This document shows positions 39,801-52,424 of a stretch of DNA of 64,000 nucleotides, piece after piece. Each line of letters starts with the position of its first letter. The first letter of the stretch is position 1. A program made the translations under genes and the position numbers. This DNA comes from Malacoraja senta (lineage: Eukaryota): positions 1 to 64,000 of the forward strand of contig JAXLNO010001453.1 in NCBI GenBank assembly GCA_038087875.1, given 5' to 3'. Below the pieces are notes generated by a model. That model had not been told where the DNA came from, did no database searches, and saw only the letters and a program-made list of their open reading frames with translations.

Positions 39801-42169
39801 CGTTTGATCAAGTAGAATGGGACTATATGATCAAAGTATTGCAAAAATTCCAATTGGGAGAAAACTTTATTGCATGGATAAAACTACTATATAACAAACC
39901 TACGGCTAGAATACTAACTAATAATATATTATCTTCAAAATTCGAATTATCTAGGGGCAACAGACAAGGATGTTCACTATCACCGCTGTTATTTGCTTTG
40001 GTAATTGAACCCCTTGCTGAAAAAATAAGAACACACTCGAATATTCACGGTTATAACACAAAATACTCAAACAACAAACTATCCCTATATGCTGATGATG
40101 TACTACTGTACATCACAAAACCACAAATTAGTATACCAAATATATTAAACTTAATTGAGGACTTTGGATCCTTTTCAGGATATAGAATAAATTGGAACAA
40201 AAGTGAAATTATGTCGATTAAACCAAAAGACTCAACACATCTCAGGAAATTCCCTTTTAAAATAGCTATGGAAAAATTCAAATATTTAGGAATTGAGATT
40301 ACTAGAAATTACCATGATATGTTTAAAGCTAATTATAATCCCCTACTTAAGAAATTAAATAATCTGATTAAATTTTGGAAAACACTTCCGATGTCCTTAA
40401 TAGGTAGGATAAATGCTATAAAAATGATTTTCTTGCCACAAATCCTTTACCTATTTCAATCAATACCTATATATCTCCCAAAAAAGTTTTTCAAAAAACT
40501 GGACTCAGACATTACAAATTTTATATGGGATTACAAATCCCACAGAATACAAAGAACACACCTTAACAAACGAAAAGAGTTGGGGGGTCTAGCGCTCCCT
40601 AACTTTATGTATTATAACTGGGCAGTAAATATTAAAAATATGATTCACCTGCTGGACAATTCTGCCCAGCAGGTGGACTGGATTATAATGGAAAAAGGGG
40701 ATTGCTCCCCGAATAATATAGGAGCGATTATTCTCTCTCCAATAAATTTGAATAATAAAAATTATAATAAAAATCCAATTATATATAGCACTATTAGAAC
40801 ATGGAAGCAAATAAAACAGAATCTAAAATTAAGAAACCTATCTCTCTTAATACCAATAGTCAATAACCCATCGTTTAAACCTTCAATCATAGATAAAGCA
40901 TTTATACAATGGGAAAGAATGGGAATTAAAACGCTCGCAGATCTGTATGAATTAGAAAAATTACTATCATTCCAACAACTACAACTGAAATATAATTTGA
41001 AAAATAATCAATATTTTAAATATCTACAAATCTGTGACTATTTGAAAACACACACAAAAGATTATTATAATATGCCTTCCGACTTACTAGATGAAGCAAT
41101 GAAGACAAAGGCGGAATCAGTTAATTTAATATCATACTTATATAATATCATCTTAAATATAGAAATACCCACAACAGATGGAATTAGAAGAGATTGGGAA
41201 CAAGATCTAGGTATAAAAATTTCAAAAGAGAGTTGGGATAATCATTTATTACAGGTGCATAAATGCTCGATCAACGTACGACATACGCTTATCCAATTTA
41301 AAACATTACATAGATTATATTATTCAAAAACCAAACTAAATAAAATCTTTCCTAACGTCTCACCAATCTGTGATAAATGTATATGTCAAGAAGCTACCAT
41401 AGCACATTCTTTTGTTTTTTGTACAAAAATCCAAAAATTCTGGTTTGAAATATTTGATATTTTTTCAAAATTAATCAAAATAAAACTGGTACCAAAACCA
41501 GAATGGATTATTTTTGGAATATCGGAAGGTATTCCTGAATTAAACGTGTATCAGAAGAATTTACTCAATTATGGGCTAATAATGGGAAAAAAGCTTATAC
41601 TCAAATTCTGGAAAAATGCGCCCACACCAACAATAAAAATGTGGACATCAAATATGTTGGAAACATTACATCTGGAAGAGATGAGATTCCTCCTAGTAGG
41701 CAAAGTAGATCAATTTCAAAAGACGTGGTCTACGTTTTTGGACCTATTACAAGCATGAGGTGCAATAGTAATTTAGAAAAACAAATAAATAAATAAAAGG
41801 TATCTGGACCTGGTAATGGGAGGTAAAATAAAAACAGACTTGGTTGGTAGTTCCTTCTCTATGAAGTATGGTATAAGAATTATAATAGAGCGATTGTTCC
41901 TTCTTTCTTTCTCTTTTTTTTTCTAGGGTCTATTTTCTAACTTTACTTCCTTCTCTAACTTCTTTTCTAAGGGGCTTTCTTTTCCCAACACTCTTTTGCA
42001 CTTCACAACCTTTGTGCACTTTCTTCACTTTTCTTACTTCTTTCTTTTTCTTTCTTAAAGTTTAAAAAAGTGAAGCGGTACAAAAAATGTATTAATAAAT
42101 ACGTGTTGTACATTACTGTAATCTACCGTACTTCTAAAAAATAAAAAAATAAAAAAAAAAAAAAAAAAA
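36832..42169 (+). mobile_element. L1-clade LINE, ~5.3 kb, with poly(A) tail and 11-bp TSD
   Basis: TSD aagaggaatat at 36821-36831 and 42170-42180; TT|AA nick context; poly(A) at ~42136-42170. It splits a short CR1-type 3' repeat whose halves rejoin. Confidence 0.92.
37967..41758 (+). CDS. L1 ORF2 (APE endonuclease, reverse transcriptase, C-terminal Cys/His domain), 1263 aa, uninterrupted
   Basis: SWNIRGIN, FLQETHL, GGDFN, SRIDY, SDH (endonuclease); KTPGPDGF, SLDAEKAFD, RQGCSLSP, LYADD (RT); CDKC..H..C near the C-terminus. Confidence 0.95.
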   Translation: MHDDNQKKIGGITLCSWNIRGINEPIKRGKILAQLKSYNTDIAFLQETHLKQQDQTRLRANWIGQTFHSSFTSKSRGTAIIIRKGIPFKSKNTILDKEGRYLIVAGEINNMPITLVNIYAPNFDNPQFFNKILNIIAESNYQNVIIGGDFNCVLDPYLDKSMQKQKGQTKSKTSELLHTYMENTNITDVWRIANPTGRDYSFYSMVHKTYSRIDYFLVDTKLISQSLNPKYHINAISDHSPLTFVLKLEGMSMNKPFWRFNSQILKDPQGSIYLKKQMDLFFELNDTPEISPTLLWESFKAFIRGVIISFQAYQNKKNKNEQRHLEDQIKQLDIDNAKDPTMDKHNKILLLKFQLNKLLSEKVITLFQITKQEHFEFGDKPHKLLARQLKKREKENAILKIKSDRGEVLTLPKDINKRFAQFYQNLYTSKTSIDNNKISEFLDNCNLPQLERREQEELGAQITSKEIEDTIKTLKNGKTPGPDGFSNEFYKSFYDIVTPRLQKMYTYAYKEQNLPETLAESTIILILKKDKNIEEPGSYRAIALLNTDQKIIAKTLANRLSKYVSRLIHEDQTGFIPKRHSFNNLRRLLNIMHSHKSDDQELAIISLDAEKAFDQVEWDYMIKVLQKFQLGENFIAWIKLLYNKPTARILTNNILSSKFELSRGNRQGCSLSPLLFALVIEPLAEKIRTHSNIHGYNTKYSNNKLSLYADDVLLYITKPQISIPNILNLIEDFGSFSGYRINWNKSEIMSIKPKDSTHLRKFPFKIAMEKFKYLGIEITRNYHDMFKANYNPLLKKLNNLIKFWKTLPMSLIGRINAIKMIFLPQILYLFQSIPIYLPKKFFKKLDSDITNFIWDYKSHRIQRTHLNKRKELGGLALPNFMYYNWAVNIKNMIHLLDNSAQQVDWIIMEKGDCSPNNIGAIILSPINLNNKNYNKNPIIYSTIRTWKQIKQNLKLRNLSLLIPIVNNPSFKPSIIDKAFIQWERMGIKTLADLYELEKLLSFQQLQLKYNLKNNQYFKYLQICDYLKTHTKDYYNMPSDLLDEAMKTKAESVNLISYLYNIILNIEIPTTDGIRRDWEQDLGIKISKESWDNHLLQVHKCSINVRHTLIQFKTLHRLYYSKTKLNKIFPNVSPICDKCICQEATIAHSFVFCTKIQKFWFEIFDIFSKLIKIKLVPKPEWIIFGISEGIPELNVYQKNLLNYGLIMGKKLILKFWKNAPTPTIKMWTSNMLETLHLEEMRFLLVGKVDQFQKTWSTFLDLLQA

Positions 42170-43860
42170 AAGAGGAATATGGGCCATTCGTATGCAGGTG
42201 GGTGTGCAGATGGGGTACGTTGGTCATCGCGGGCAGTATGGGCCGGAGGACTATGTTTCACGCTGTATTACACTAGAAATCTATGCCAAGATCGAAGAAC
42301 AAATCACCTTCCGCTTGTGCAAGCCACACGTTTCTGGAGTTAACATCCGAGTCTTCAACGTTACTATATCTCTCTTCCTCCTCATTTGGAAGAAAATTCG
42401 GCATATCGACGACTGTCTTGATTATATTGCCTCTCGTGATAACGTTCAAAACTTGAAATGTCTACTCACAACATCGTTCGCTCCAGAGAAATAAAATATC
42501 CTGACCTATACATTCTCTCTCGGAATTGAACGTCTCCAGTCCTGGCAAAAACTTTTTCATTAATACTCTGCCACTCCCCACATTAATGGTATCAATGCTA
42601 ACATATTGCGATCTGAAGAACATCGCACGTGCTGTCTCGCCAACGTCCTATACCAGATGTTTGAACTCAACTTATACCCAACTGCGTGGGACTCCCGCAG
42701 TGAAATAAGGCCACACCTCATGCTGGCTGAGGGAAGAAAAAACCCTACCATCCACATTCAAATTTACTCGCATTGGTTGTAAGCAGATTGTTCATGAACA
42801 AGATGGAGAAATGGCCCTCTTTCCGTGCTGTGTAACATGCAACTACCACTTACAGTGAGAGTTCGTTCAATATACCTGCCCCGCCCGCGAGGAAGAGTTG
42901 ACGCTGCGTCCCTTTAAAAATTTACCGTCTGATTTGGTACTTTTGCCCTCTTTTAGAGACGTATATCCGAGGAACAAAATAATATACCTCCACTGATCAT
43001 CACCGTGTCTTATTTTAACCCTCCATAACTCCTCATTGTTTTGTTCGCTGCAGAGGGAAAACGCTTCTGCATTATCCTGTCCATCTTACAATTCACTCCG
43101 CCCAATATTAGTACCAGTATTGTGAATAGAGTTGTATACTCCATAGTTTAAATGGATCCTTAATGAATTATTTCGAAAAATAATATCCCTCCTCCTGTGC
43201 TGTACTGCTCTGTGAAGTTTTTTTTCCGTGAATTGCTTAGTTTGAGTGCACAAAACATGACACTTCTTTCTTAGGACAAGACATTCTTCAGAATGATCTA
43301 TTCCCAAACATGTACCGCCGGTCAGACTCCCCTTAACCGATTCAGTCGGCTCTATCATCTTGCACATCAACATTCTTGATATCTCCAACGGATCAATGCA
43401 TTGAGATTATTTCGCCCTAATATCTGAAACAACATCAAAATCAGTTCACCTCTCGTTTTATGAAATAACACATTTCTTTCAAGATAACCTGTAGATCAAG
43501 AACATTTCTTGTCGATATTTATTTCTGGTCAGTTTCCTCGTTACACATAATATTTGCATATTATTTACTTCAAGAAGTGCCAGCAGTTGAAAGATAGTAA
43601 TGCTGCTGTTGTAGCTGAATTGTATAAGATGTCGTCTAGAAGGTTGCTGTGATTGACATCATTTGGACCCTGCCCAAGAATGATTCCCTTTTCTTTTGAA
43701 AAGGAGCTGCACGGGGAATCCAGGATCAAATTATTAATGGGTGCATGTTAAGTGAATGGAACGGTCTCTGGAAAATGCATTACAAATGCTACAAATAAAA
43801 TACTGTATTATATAGCAGCATATGTGGATAAATGGTATATGAGATGTATTTTGGTGCATT

Positions 43861-46800
43861 AAAATTTTTAATTTTTTAATTTTTAATTTAATTTAAAAAT
43901 ATTAATTTTATTTTTAATTTACTTCCCCCTAGTCCTATCTACCTGCACTCATTCCTTTCCCTTCCATATACCCATCCAATCTATTTTTAAAGGATAACAT
44001 CGAACCTGCCTCCACCACTTCCACTGGAAGCTCATTCCAAACAGCTACCAATCTATGAGTAAAGAAGTTCCCCCTAATGTTACCCCTAAACTTCTGTCCC
44101 TTAATTCTCAAGTCATGTTCCCTTGTTTGAATCTGCTCTACTCTCAATGGGAAAAGCTTATCCACGTCCACTCTGTCTAACGCGCTCATAATTTTAAAGA
44201 CCTCTATCAAGTCCCCTCTTAACTTGTTCAACCTTTCTCTGTAACGTAGTTGCTGAAACCCAGGCAACATTCTAGTAAATCTCCTCTGTACTCTCTCTTT
44301 GTTGACATCCTTCCTATAATTAGGCGACCAAAATTGTACTCCATACACCAGAATTGGCCTCACCAATGCCTTGTACAATTTTAACATTACATCCCAACTT
44401 CTATATTCAATGCTCTGATTTATAAAGGCCAGCACACCACAAGCTTTCTTTACCACCCTATCTACGTGAGATTCCACCTTCAGGGAACTATAGCAAGATA
44501 GCAATTAATGATTATGATATAACAGATAGCAATTAATGATTATGATATAGTTGGGATCACGGAGACATGGCTCCAGGGTGACCAAGGCTGGGAGCTGAAC
44601 ATCCAGGGATATTCAATATTCTGGAGGGATAGAGAGAAAGGAAAAGGAGGTGGGGTAGCGTTGTTGGTTAGAGAGGAGATTAACGCAGTGGAAAGGAAGG
44701 ACATTAGCTTGGAGGATGTGGAATCGGTATGGGTAGAGCTACGAAATACTAAGGGGCAGAAAACGCTGGTGGGTGTTGTGTACAGGCCACCTAGCAGTAG
44801 TAGTGAAGTTGGGGATGGCATCAAACAGGAAATTAGAAATGCGTGCAACAAAGGCAAAACAGTTATAATGGGTGACTTCAATCTACATATAGATTGGGTG
44901 AATCAAATTGGCAGGGGTGCTGAGGAAGAGGATTTCTTGGAATGTATGAGGGATAGTTATCTAAACCAACATGTAGAGGAACCAACGAGAGAGCAGGCTA
45001 TTCTAGACTGGGTATTGAGTAATGAGGAAGGGTTAGTTAGCAGACTTGTTGTGCGTGCCCCCTTGGGCAAGAGTGACCATAATATGGTTGAGTTCTTCAT
45101 TAGGATGGAGAGTGACATTGTTAATTCAGAAACAACGGTTCTGAACTTAAAGAAAGGTAACTTTGAGGGTATGAGACGTGAATTGGCCAAGATTGACTGG
45201 CAATTAGTTCTAAAATGGTTGACGGTGGATATGCAATGGAAGGCATTTAAAGACTGCATGGATGAACTACAAAAATTGTTCATCCCAGTTTGGCAAAAGA
45301 ATAAATCAGGGAAGGTAGTGCATCCGTGGATAACAAGGGAAATCAGGGATAGTATCAAAGCAAAAGATGATGCGTACAAATTAGCCAGAAAAAGCAGCAT
45401 ACCAGAGGACTGGGAGAAATTCAGAGACCAGCAGAGGAGGACAAAGGGCTTAATTAGGAAAGGGAAAATAGATTATGAAAGGAAACTGGCAGGGAATATA
45501 AAAACTGACTGCAAATGTTTTTATAGATATGTGAAGAGAAAGAGATTAGTTAAAACAAATGTAGGTCCCTTGCAGTCAGAAACAGGTGAATTGATCATGG
45601 GGAACAAGGATATGGCGGACCAATTGAATAACTACTTTGGTTCCGTCTTCACTAAGGAAGACATAAATAATCTGCCGGAAATAGCAGGGGGCCGCGGGTC
45701 AAAGGAGATGGAGGAACTGAGTGAAATCCAGGTTAGTCGGGAAGTGGTGTTGGGTAAATTGAATGGATTAAAGGCCGATAAATCACCAGGGCCAGATAGG
45801 CTGCATCGCAGAGTACTTACGGAAGTAGCTCCAGAAATAGTGGATGCATTAGTGATAATTTTTCAAAATTCTTTAGATTCTGGAGTAGTTCCTGAGGATT
45901 GGAGGGTAGCAAACGTAACCCCACTTTTTAAGAAGGGAGGGAGAGAGAAAACGGGGAATTACAGACCAGTTAGTCTAACATCGGTAGTGGGGAAACTGCT
46001 AGAGTCAGTTATTAAAGATGGGATAGCAGCACATTTGGAAAGTGGTGAAATCATTGGACAAAGTCAGCATGGATTTACGAAAGGTAAATCGTGTCTGACG
46101 AATCTTATAGAATTTTTCGAGGATGTAACTAGTAGAGTGGATAGGGGAGAACCAGTGGATGTGTTGTATCTGGACTTTCAGAAGGCTTTCGACAAGGTAC
46201 CACATAAGAGATTAGGATACAAACTCAAATCACACGGTATTGGGGGTTCAGTATTGATGTGGATAGAGAACTGGCTGGCAAACAGGAAGCAAAGAGTAGG
46301 AGTAAACGGGTCCTTTTCACAATGGCAGGCAGTGACTAGTGGGGTACCGCAAGGCTCAGTGCTGGGACCCCAGCTATTTACAATTTATATTAATGATCTG
46401 GACGAGGGAATTGAAAGCAACATCTCCAAGTTTGCGGATGACACTAAGCTGGGGGGGGGGGGGGGGCAGTGTTAGCTGTGAGGAGGATGCTAGGAGACTG
46501 CAAGGTGACTTGGATAGGCTGGGTGAGTGGGCAAATGTTTGGCAGATGCAGTATAATGTGGATAAGTGTGAGGTTATCCACTTTGGTGGCAAAAACGGGA
46601 AGGCAGACTATTATCTAAATGGTGGCCGATTAGGAAATGGGGAGGTGCAGCGAGACCTGGGTGTCATGGTACACCAGTCATTGAAAGTAGGCATGCAGGT
46701 GCAGCAGGCAGTGAAGAAAGCGAATGGTATGTTGGCCTTCATAGCAAGAGGATTTGAGTATAGGAGCAGGGAGGTTCTACTGCAGTTGTACAGGGTCTTG

Positions 46801-49800
46801 GTGAGACCACACCTGGAGTATTGCGTACAGATTTGGTCTCCAAATCTGAGGAAGGACATTATAGCCATAGAGGGAGTGCAGAGAAGGTTCATCAGACTGA
46901 TTCCTGGGATGTCAGGACTTTCATATGAAGAAAGACTGGATAGACTTGGCTTATACTCGCTAGAATTTAGGAGATTGAGAGGGGATCTTATAGAAACGTA
47001 CAAAATTCTTATGGGGTTGGACAGGCTAGATGCAGGAAGATTGTTCCCGATGTTGGGGAAGTCCAGGACAAGGGGTCACAGCTTAAGGATAAGGGGGAAA
47101 TCCTTTAAGACCGAGATGAGGAAAAACTTTTTCACACAGAGAGTGGTGAATCTCTGGAACTCTCTGGCACAGAGGGTAGTTGACGCCAGTTCATTGGCTA
47201 TATTTAAGAGGGAGTTAGATGTGGCCCTTGTGGCTAAAGGGATCAGGAGGTATGGAGAGAAGGCAGGTACGGGATACTGAGTTGGATGATCAGCCATGAT
47301 CATATTGAATGGCGGTGCAGGCTCGAAGGGCCGAATGGCCTACTCCTGCACCTATTTTCTATGTTTCTATGTTTCTATGTTTCTATGCACAGTTATTCCT
47401 AGATCCCTCTGTTCAACTGCATTCCTCAATTCGCTACCATTTACCATGTACGTCCTATTTTGATTTGTCCTGCCGTGATGTAGCACCTCACATTTGTCAG
47501 CATTAAACTCCATCTGCCATCTTTCAGCCCAGTCTTCCAAATGGCCTAAATCTCTCTGTAGACTTTGAAAATCTACTTCATTATCCACAACACCACCTAT
47601 CTTAGTATCATCTGCATACTTACTAATCCAATTTTCCACACCATAGATGTACATGACAAACAACAGTGGACCCAACTCAGACCCCTGAGGCACCCCACTA
47701 GTCACCGGCCTCCAACCTGACAAACAGCCATCCACCATTACTCTCTGGCATCTCCCATTCAGCCACTGTTGAATCCATCTTGCTACTCCACCATTAATAC
47801 CCAACAATTGAATCTTCTTAACCAACCTTCCATGAGGAACCTTGCCAAAGGCCTTACTGAAGTCCATATAGACAACATCCACTGCTTTACCCTCATCAAT
47901 TTCCCTAGTAACCTCTTCGAAAAATTCAAGAAGATTAGTCAAGCATGACCTTCCAGGCACAAATCCATGTTGACTGTTCCTAATCAGACCCTGGTTATCC
48001 AGATGCTTATATATATTATCTTTAAGTATCCTTTCCATTAATTTGCCCACCACTGACGTCAAACTAACAGGTCTATAATTGCTACGTTTACTCTTCGAAC
48101 CCTTTTTAAACAACGGAACAACATGCGCAGTACGCCAATCCTCCGGCACTTTTCCCGTTTCTAATGACATTTGAAATATTTCTGTCATAGCCCCTGCTAT
48201 TTCTACACTAACTTCCCTCAATGTCCTAGGGAATATCCTGTCAGGACCTGGCGACGTATCCGTTTTCATATTTTTCAAAAGTGTCCGCACCTCCTCTTCT
48301 TTGAATCTCACAGTTTCCATTGATATTCTGCTTGTTTCCCTTACCTCACATAATTCCATATCCTTCTCCTTGGTGAATACCGAAGAAAAGAAATTGTTCA
48401 ATATCTCCCCCATCTCTTTTGGCTCTGCAGATAGCTGTCCACTCTGACTCTCTAATGGGCACATTTTATTCCTTATTATCCCTTTGCTATTAATATAGCT
48501 GTAGAAACCCTTTCGATTTACTTTCACCTTACTTGCCAAAGCAACCTCATATCTTCTTTTAGCTTTTCTTGTTTCTTTCTTAATATACTTTTACATTCTT
48601 TATACTACCCAAGCGCCTCATTTACTCCATTCTGCCTATAATTATTGTAGATCTCTCCCTTTTTCCGAACCAAGTGTCCAATTTCCCTTGAAAACCATGG
48701 ATCTTTCCAATTTTTACTATTTCCTTTCAACCGAACAGGTACATAAAGATTCTGTACTCTTAAAATTTCACCCTTAAATGTCCTCCATTTCTCTTCTACA
48801 TCCTTCCCATAAAACAACATGTCCCACTTCACTCCTTTTAAATCCTTTCGCATCTCCTCAAAGTTAGCCTTTCTCCAATCAAAAATCTCAATCCTAGGTC
48901 CAGTTCTGACCCTCTCCATAATTGTATTGAAACTAATGGTATTGTGATCACTGGACCGGAAGTGCTCCCCGACGCATACCTCCGCCACCTGCCCTGACTC
49001 ATTTCCTAACAGGAGGTCGAGCACTGCCCGTTCTCTAGTAGGTACCTCTATGTATTGATGCAAAAAAGTATCCTGCACACATTTTACAAACTCCAAACCA
49101 TCCAGCCCTTTTACAGAATGTGTTTCCCAGTCTATGTGTGGAAAATTGAAATCTCCCACAATCACTACCTTGTGCTTACTACTAATATCTGCCATCTCCT
49201 TACATATTTGCTCTTCCAATTCTCGCTCCCCATTTGGCGGTCTATAATACACCCCTATAAGTGTTGCTACACCTTTCCCATTTCTCAGTTCCACCCAAAT
49301 AGCCTCCCTAGACGAGCCCTCTAATCTATCCTGCCAAAGCACTGCTGTAATAACTTCCTTGACAAGCAATGCAACACCCCCACCTCTTGCCCCTCCAATT
49401 CTGTCACTCCTGAAGCAACGAAATCCTGGAATATTTAGTTTCCAATCACAGCCCTCCTGCAACCATGTTTCACTGATCGCCACAACATCATACTTCCAGG
49501 TGTCAATCCAGGCTCTAAGCTCATCCACCTTTCTTACAATGCTCCTAGCATTAAAATATACACATTTAAGAAACCCATCACCACTTATTCTCTGTTTATT
49601 ATCTTTTTCATTCTTTCTCCCCTACATTTTGGGTCCGAGTGCTTCCCTTCTCTGCCTCCTGCCTCCCACATTTTCCACTAGCTCTATTTGAGTCCCTCCC
49701 CCCAACCGTTCTAGTTTAAAGTCTCCCCAGTAGCCTTTGCAAATCTGCCCGCCAGGATATTGGTCCCCCTCGGGTTCAAGTGCAACCCGTCCTTTCTGTA

Positions 49801-50034
49801 CAGGTCACACCTTCCCCAAAAGAGGTCCCAATGATCCAGAAATTTGAATCCCTGCCCGCTGCACCACTTCCTCAGCCACGCATTTATCCCCCACCTCATT
49901 CCATTCCTACTCTCACCGTCGCGTGGCACAGGTAGTAATCCTGAGATTGTTACCTTTGCGGTCCTTCTCCTTAACTCTCCTCCTAACTCCCTAAATTCTC
50001 CTTTCAGGACCTCTTCTCTTTTTCTACCTATGTC
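43861..50034 (-). mobile_element. CR1 LINE (5'-truncated in ORF1) split by a second CR1
   Basis: ORF1 piece 49711-50034, endonuclease 48605-49528, RT 47387-48539 ending DLGITVH and resuming SSLKVESHVD at 44491 to 43935; AT-rich tail at 43861-43920. Confidence 0.9.
44492..47386 (+). mobile_element. Young CR1 LINE, 5'-truncated, ORF2 broken only at a G16 run
   Basis: Open frame from ~44523 to the G run at 46451-46466 and onward to 47280; (ATGTTTCT)n tail; CTAT at both junctions. Confidence 0.92.
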
Positions 50035-50508
50035 GTAACATATGTTATCACTAATTCTCACTGATTAAGGTATGTTCATTAGAAAGTCGTGTATCCAATC
50101 GCAAGCTGGAGTGCTGATCGCTAGGCTCGGGAGTTTATCAATGTGTTTGGAAGGGAGTAGTGTAGACGGCAAGTGCTCCAGCGGAGAAATGGGAATCTAA
50201 CGTTCGACTCCTTCCTGCCTGGCTGTTGGAGAGACGGGTTTAGGTCCAGGACGATGGCGTCTGATGCGGAACTGCTGCTGCAATATGCAGTCTGCGGTTC
50301 ATCAAAGGCGGCTGGGGTGGGCTCACGCTACCTGCGTAAACCGCTGATAGCTAATGCGCACATCTCCTTAGCACGCACTGAGGGATTGCAAGTAGCGCAG
50401 TCGTTTTCGACGAAATAAACAAAGCGTACCAAAAATTTACCCCCACCCCAAATTAGCATCGCGTTTCCCTTTCATGTAACGAGAGTTTCCTCTTTTCTAC
50501 TCCCCCAG

Positions 50509-51297
50509 TGAACTTGTTGGCGATTGTGATCCTGTCCCGCAGAAATTGTGGTCTCTCAAAATGCACCACTCGTTACCTGGTGGCCATGGCGGCGGTGGAC
50601 CTCTCAGTGATTGGCTGCGAAGTGATATTACATCGGATTGCCGACGTTTACTGGTGCGCACATTCTTATTCCACAATACTGTGTGCAGGTGCATTATGTT
50701 CCTCGCTCCCGCCGCCGTTACCTGTTCGGTTTGGCTCACGGTCGCTTTCACATTTGATCGCTTTGTGGCCATTTCCACTCAGAATCTGAGAACCAGATAC
50801 TGCACCGAAAGAACCGCGGTGGTGGTTATAGTGACCCTAACTGCGTTGTTCTGTTTACAGAACGCTCCCTGGCCGTTTGCGTACACTTATTATCTCAGAG
50901 ATCAGCAGGGTATACAGTGGGGTTGCCGAATACCATATCACTTTTATGTCCTGCCCTATCAACAGCTGCTAATCCCAGTCATTCCCGAGATCCCAAACCG
51001 CAGACGGTCCGTAATTTTACTCCTTGCAATTTCCAGCTGTTTTATGCTGCTCTGGGGCACAAATGTGGCATTTTTCGTTTTCTATCGATGTACGCATTTT
51101 GGTTCAGGGGGTTGAAGAACCGATTTGCAACATTTGAACAAACTGGAATTATGCTACAACTGTTGAACACCTGCACAAACACGCTCATTTCCACCGTGAC
51201 CCAGAGGAGGTTCAGAGAGCAGCTGCTCCAGGTACTCAAATGCCCCTTCACCCTAACTGTAAGCTTATTAAAATCGAGAAAACATGGCGTAAAATAA
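50509..51297 (+). pseudogene. GPR139/142-like GPCR pseudogene (duplicate of 1150-2038, further decayed)
   Basis: Carries the same lesions as 1150-2038 plus a 1-bp deletion (tactggtgcgcac) and a 99-bp deletion removing TM5/ICL3. Exon 1 is absent. Confidence 0.92.
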
Positions 51298-52424
51298 AAT
51301 TACAATACTAATCCCTTCCAGAGTGCAAAAACTAGGTAATGAAGCAGTTTCCTCTAAAATCTTTCCTCATCAATTTTCATAAAAATAGCTGGGAAATACA
51401 ATCTGAACCCGTCCCCTGCACTGCAATGCATATTTGGCCATCTATTTAACATGCGAAACGGGCGCGTTGTTCAAAATGTCCAGTGGGGAGGGCGGCCCTG
51501 TGGAACCGAGTGCTATGTTGTACTGGAGCAGACCTCCAATGATTCCGGAATTGAGCCTCGCCGTTAACTGTTTTCACCTTCCTTTGAATCCAGCGGCAAC
51601 GTCTCCAGCACGCAATGAAAACAGACATAGAGTTATGGTCCTAAACAGTGCATGCTCCATTGCTCTACAATTCTTTAAGACGTTCCATGGTTACGTATGT
51701 AAGTGCCCAGTGTACAAATGTATTTAATAAAACTCTTGCTGCAACATTTACGTTAATGAGAGTTCGATTTTATTTTTGCTTATCGCACTGAATGTAACGC
51801 CTCATTGCTTCTTACAGAGGCTTTCGGTTTTTCAATTACAATTATTAACTCTGCACCAGATGCACCAAAGGTAGTGGGTGCTATTCATACAAGTTGGCAT
51901 TACTAATAATATTTTTAATTCAAGCAGAGTGTAACAAGCGAGTGTCCAGTAGAGGGCGGTAAAGTGAGTACGTTCACCTGTGTGGTAAAGAGATTCTGAA
52001 TCGATTTGCATTAATGTCCCACCTCCATTGAAGCTGCGCCGTCGCTGGAGATCTGCCAATTTGAGATTCGAGGGAGTGCTCAGAGAGTAGGATTTAACTC
52101 CGCCTGCAGGGCAAGGAAATGTGAGAAATCCATTAATTTATTTCCTCCACCGATGGCGGCTGAGATTTTGTATAGCTCTAAATTTGGGTTGAGTACTCTC
52201 TCCCCACATCCTCCGCTCCCGACGCGGTAACGATTACATTTTTACATATTCTGATTGACATTTCCCTCGAGGCCGAAAACACCTTCACTGAACATTTTAT
52301 GCTTTATTTCTTGACTTATTAACGATTAAAGGTAAGTAAGAAGTTTAAAACATCAAAAGGCTTTGAATTTAAAACGACCAGCTGCAACTGATGACGTCAC
52401 AATGGCTCGGCTAGCAGTGGTCAG

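Noticed and set aside
47355-47386. Short direct repeats (ATGTTTCT, GACAATA, TCAA) as a CRISPR-like array
   Set aside because: No spacers; these are LINE 3' microsatellite tails in eukaryotic DNA.
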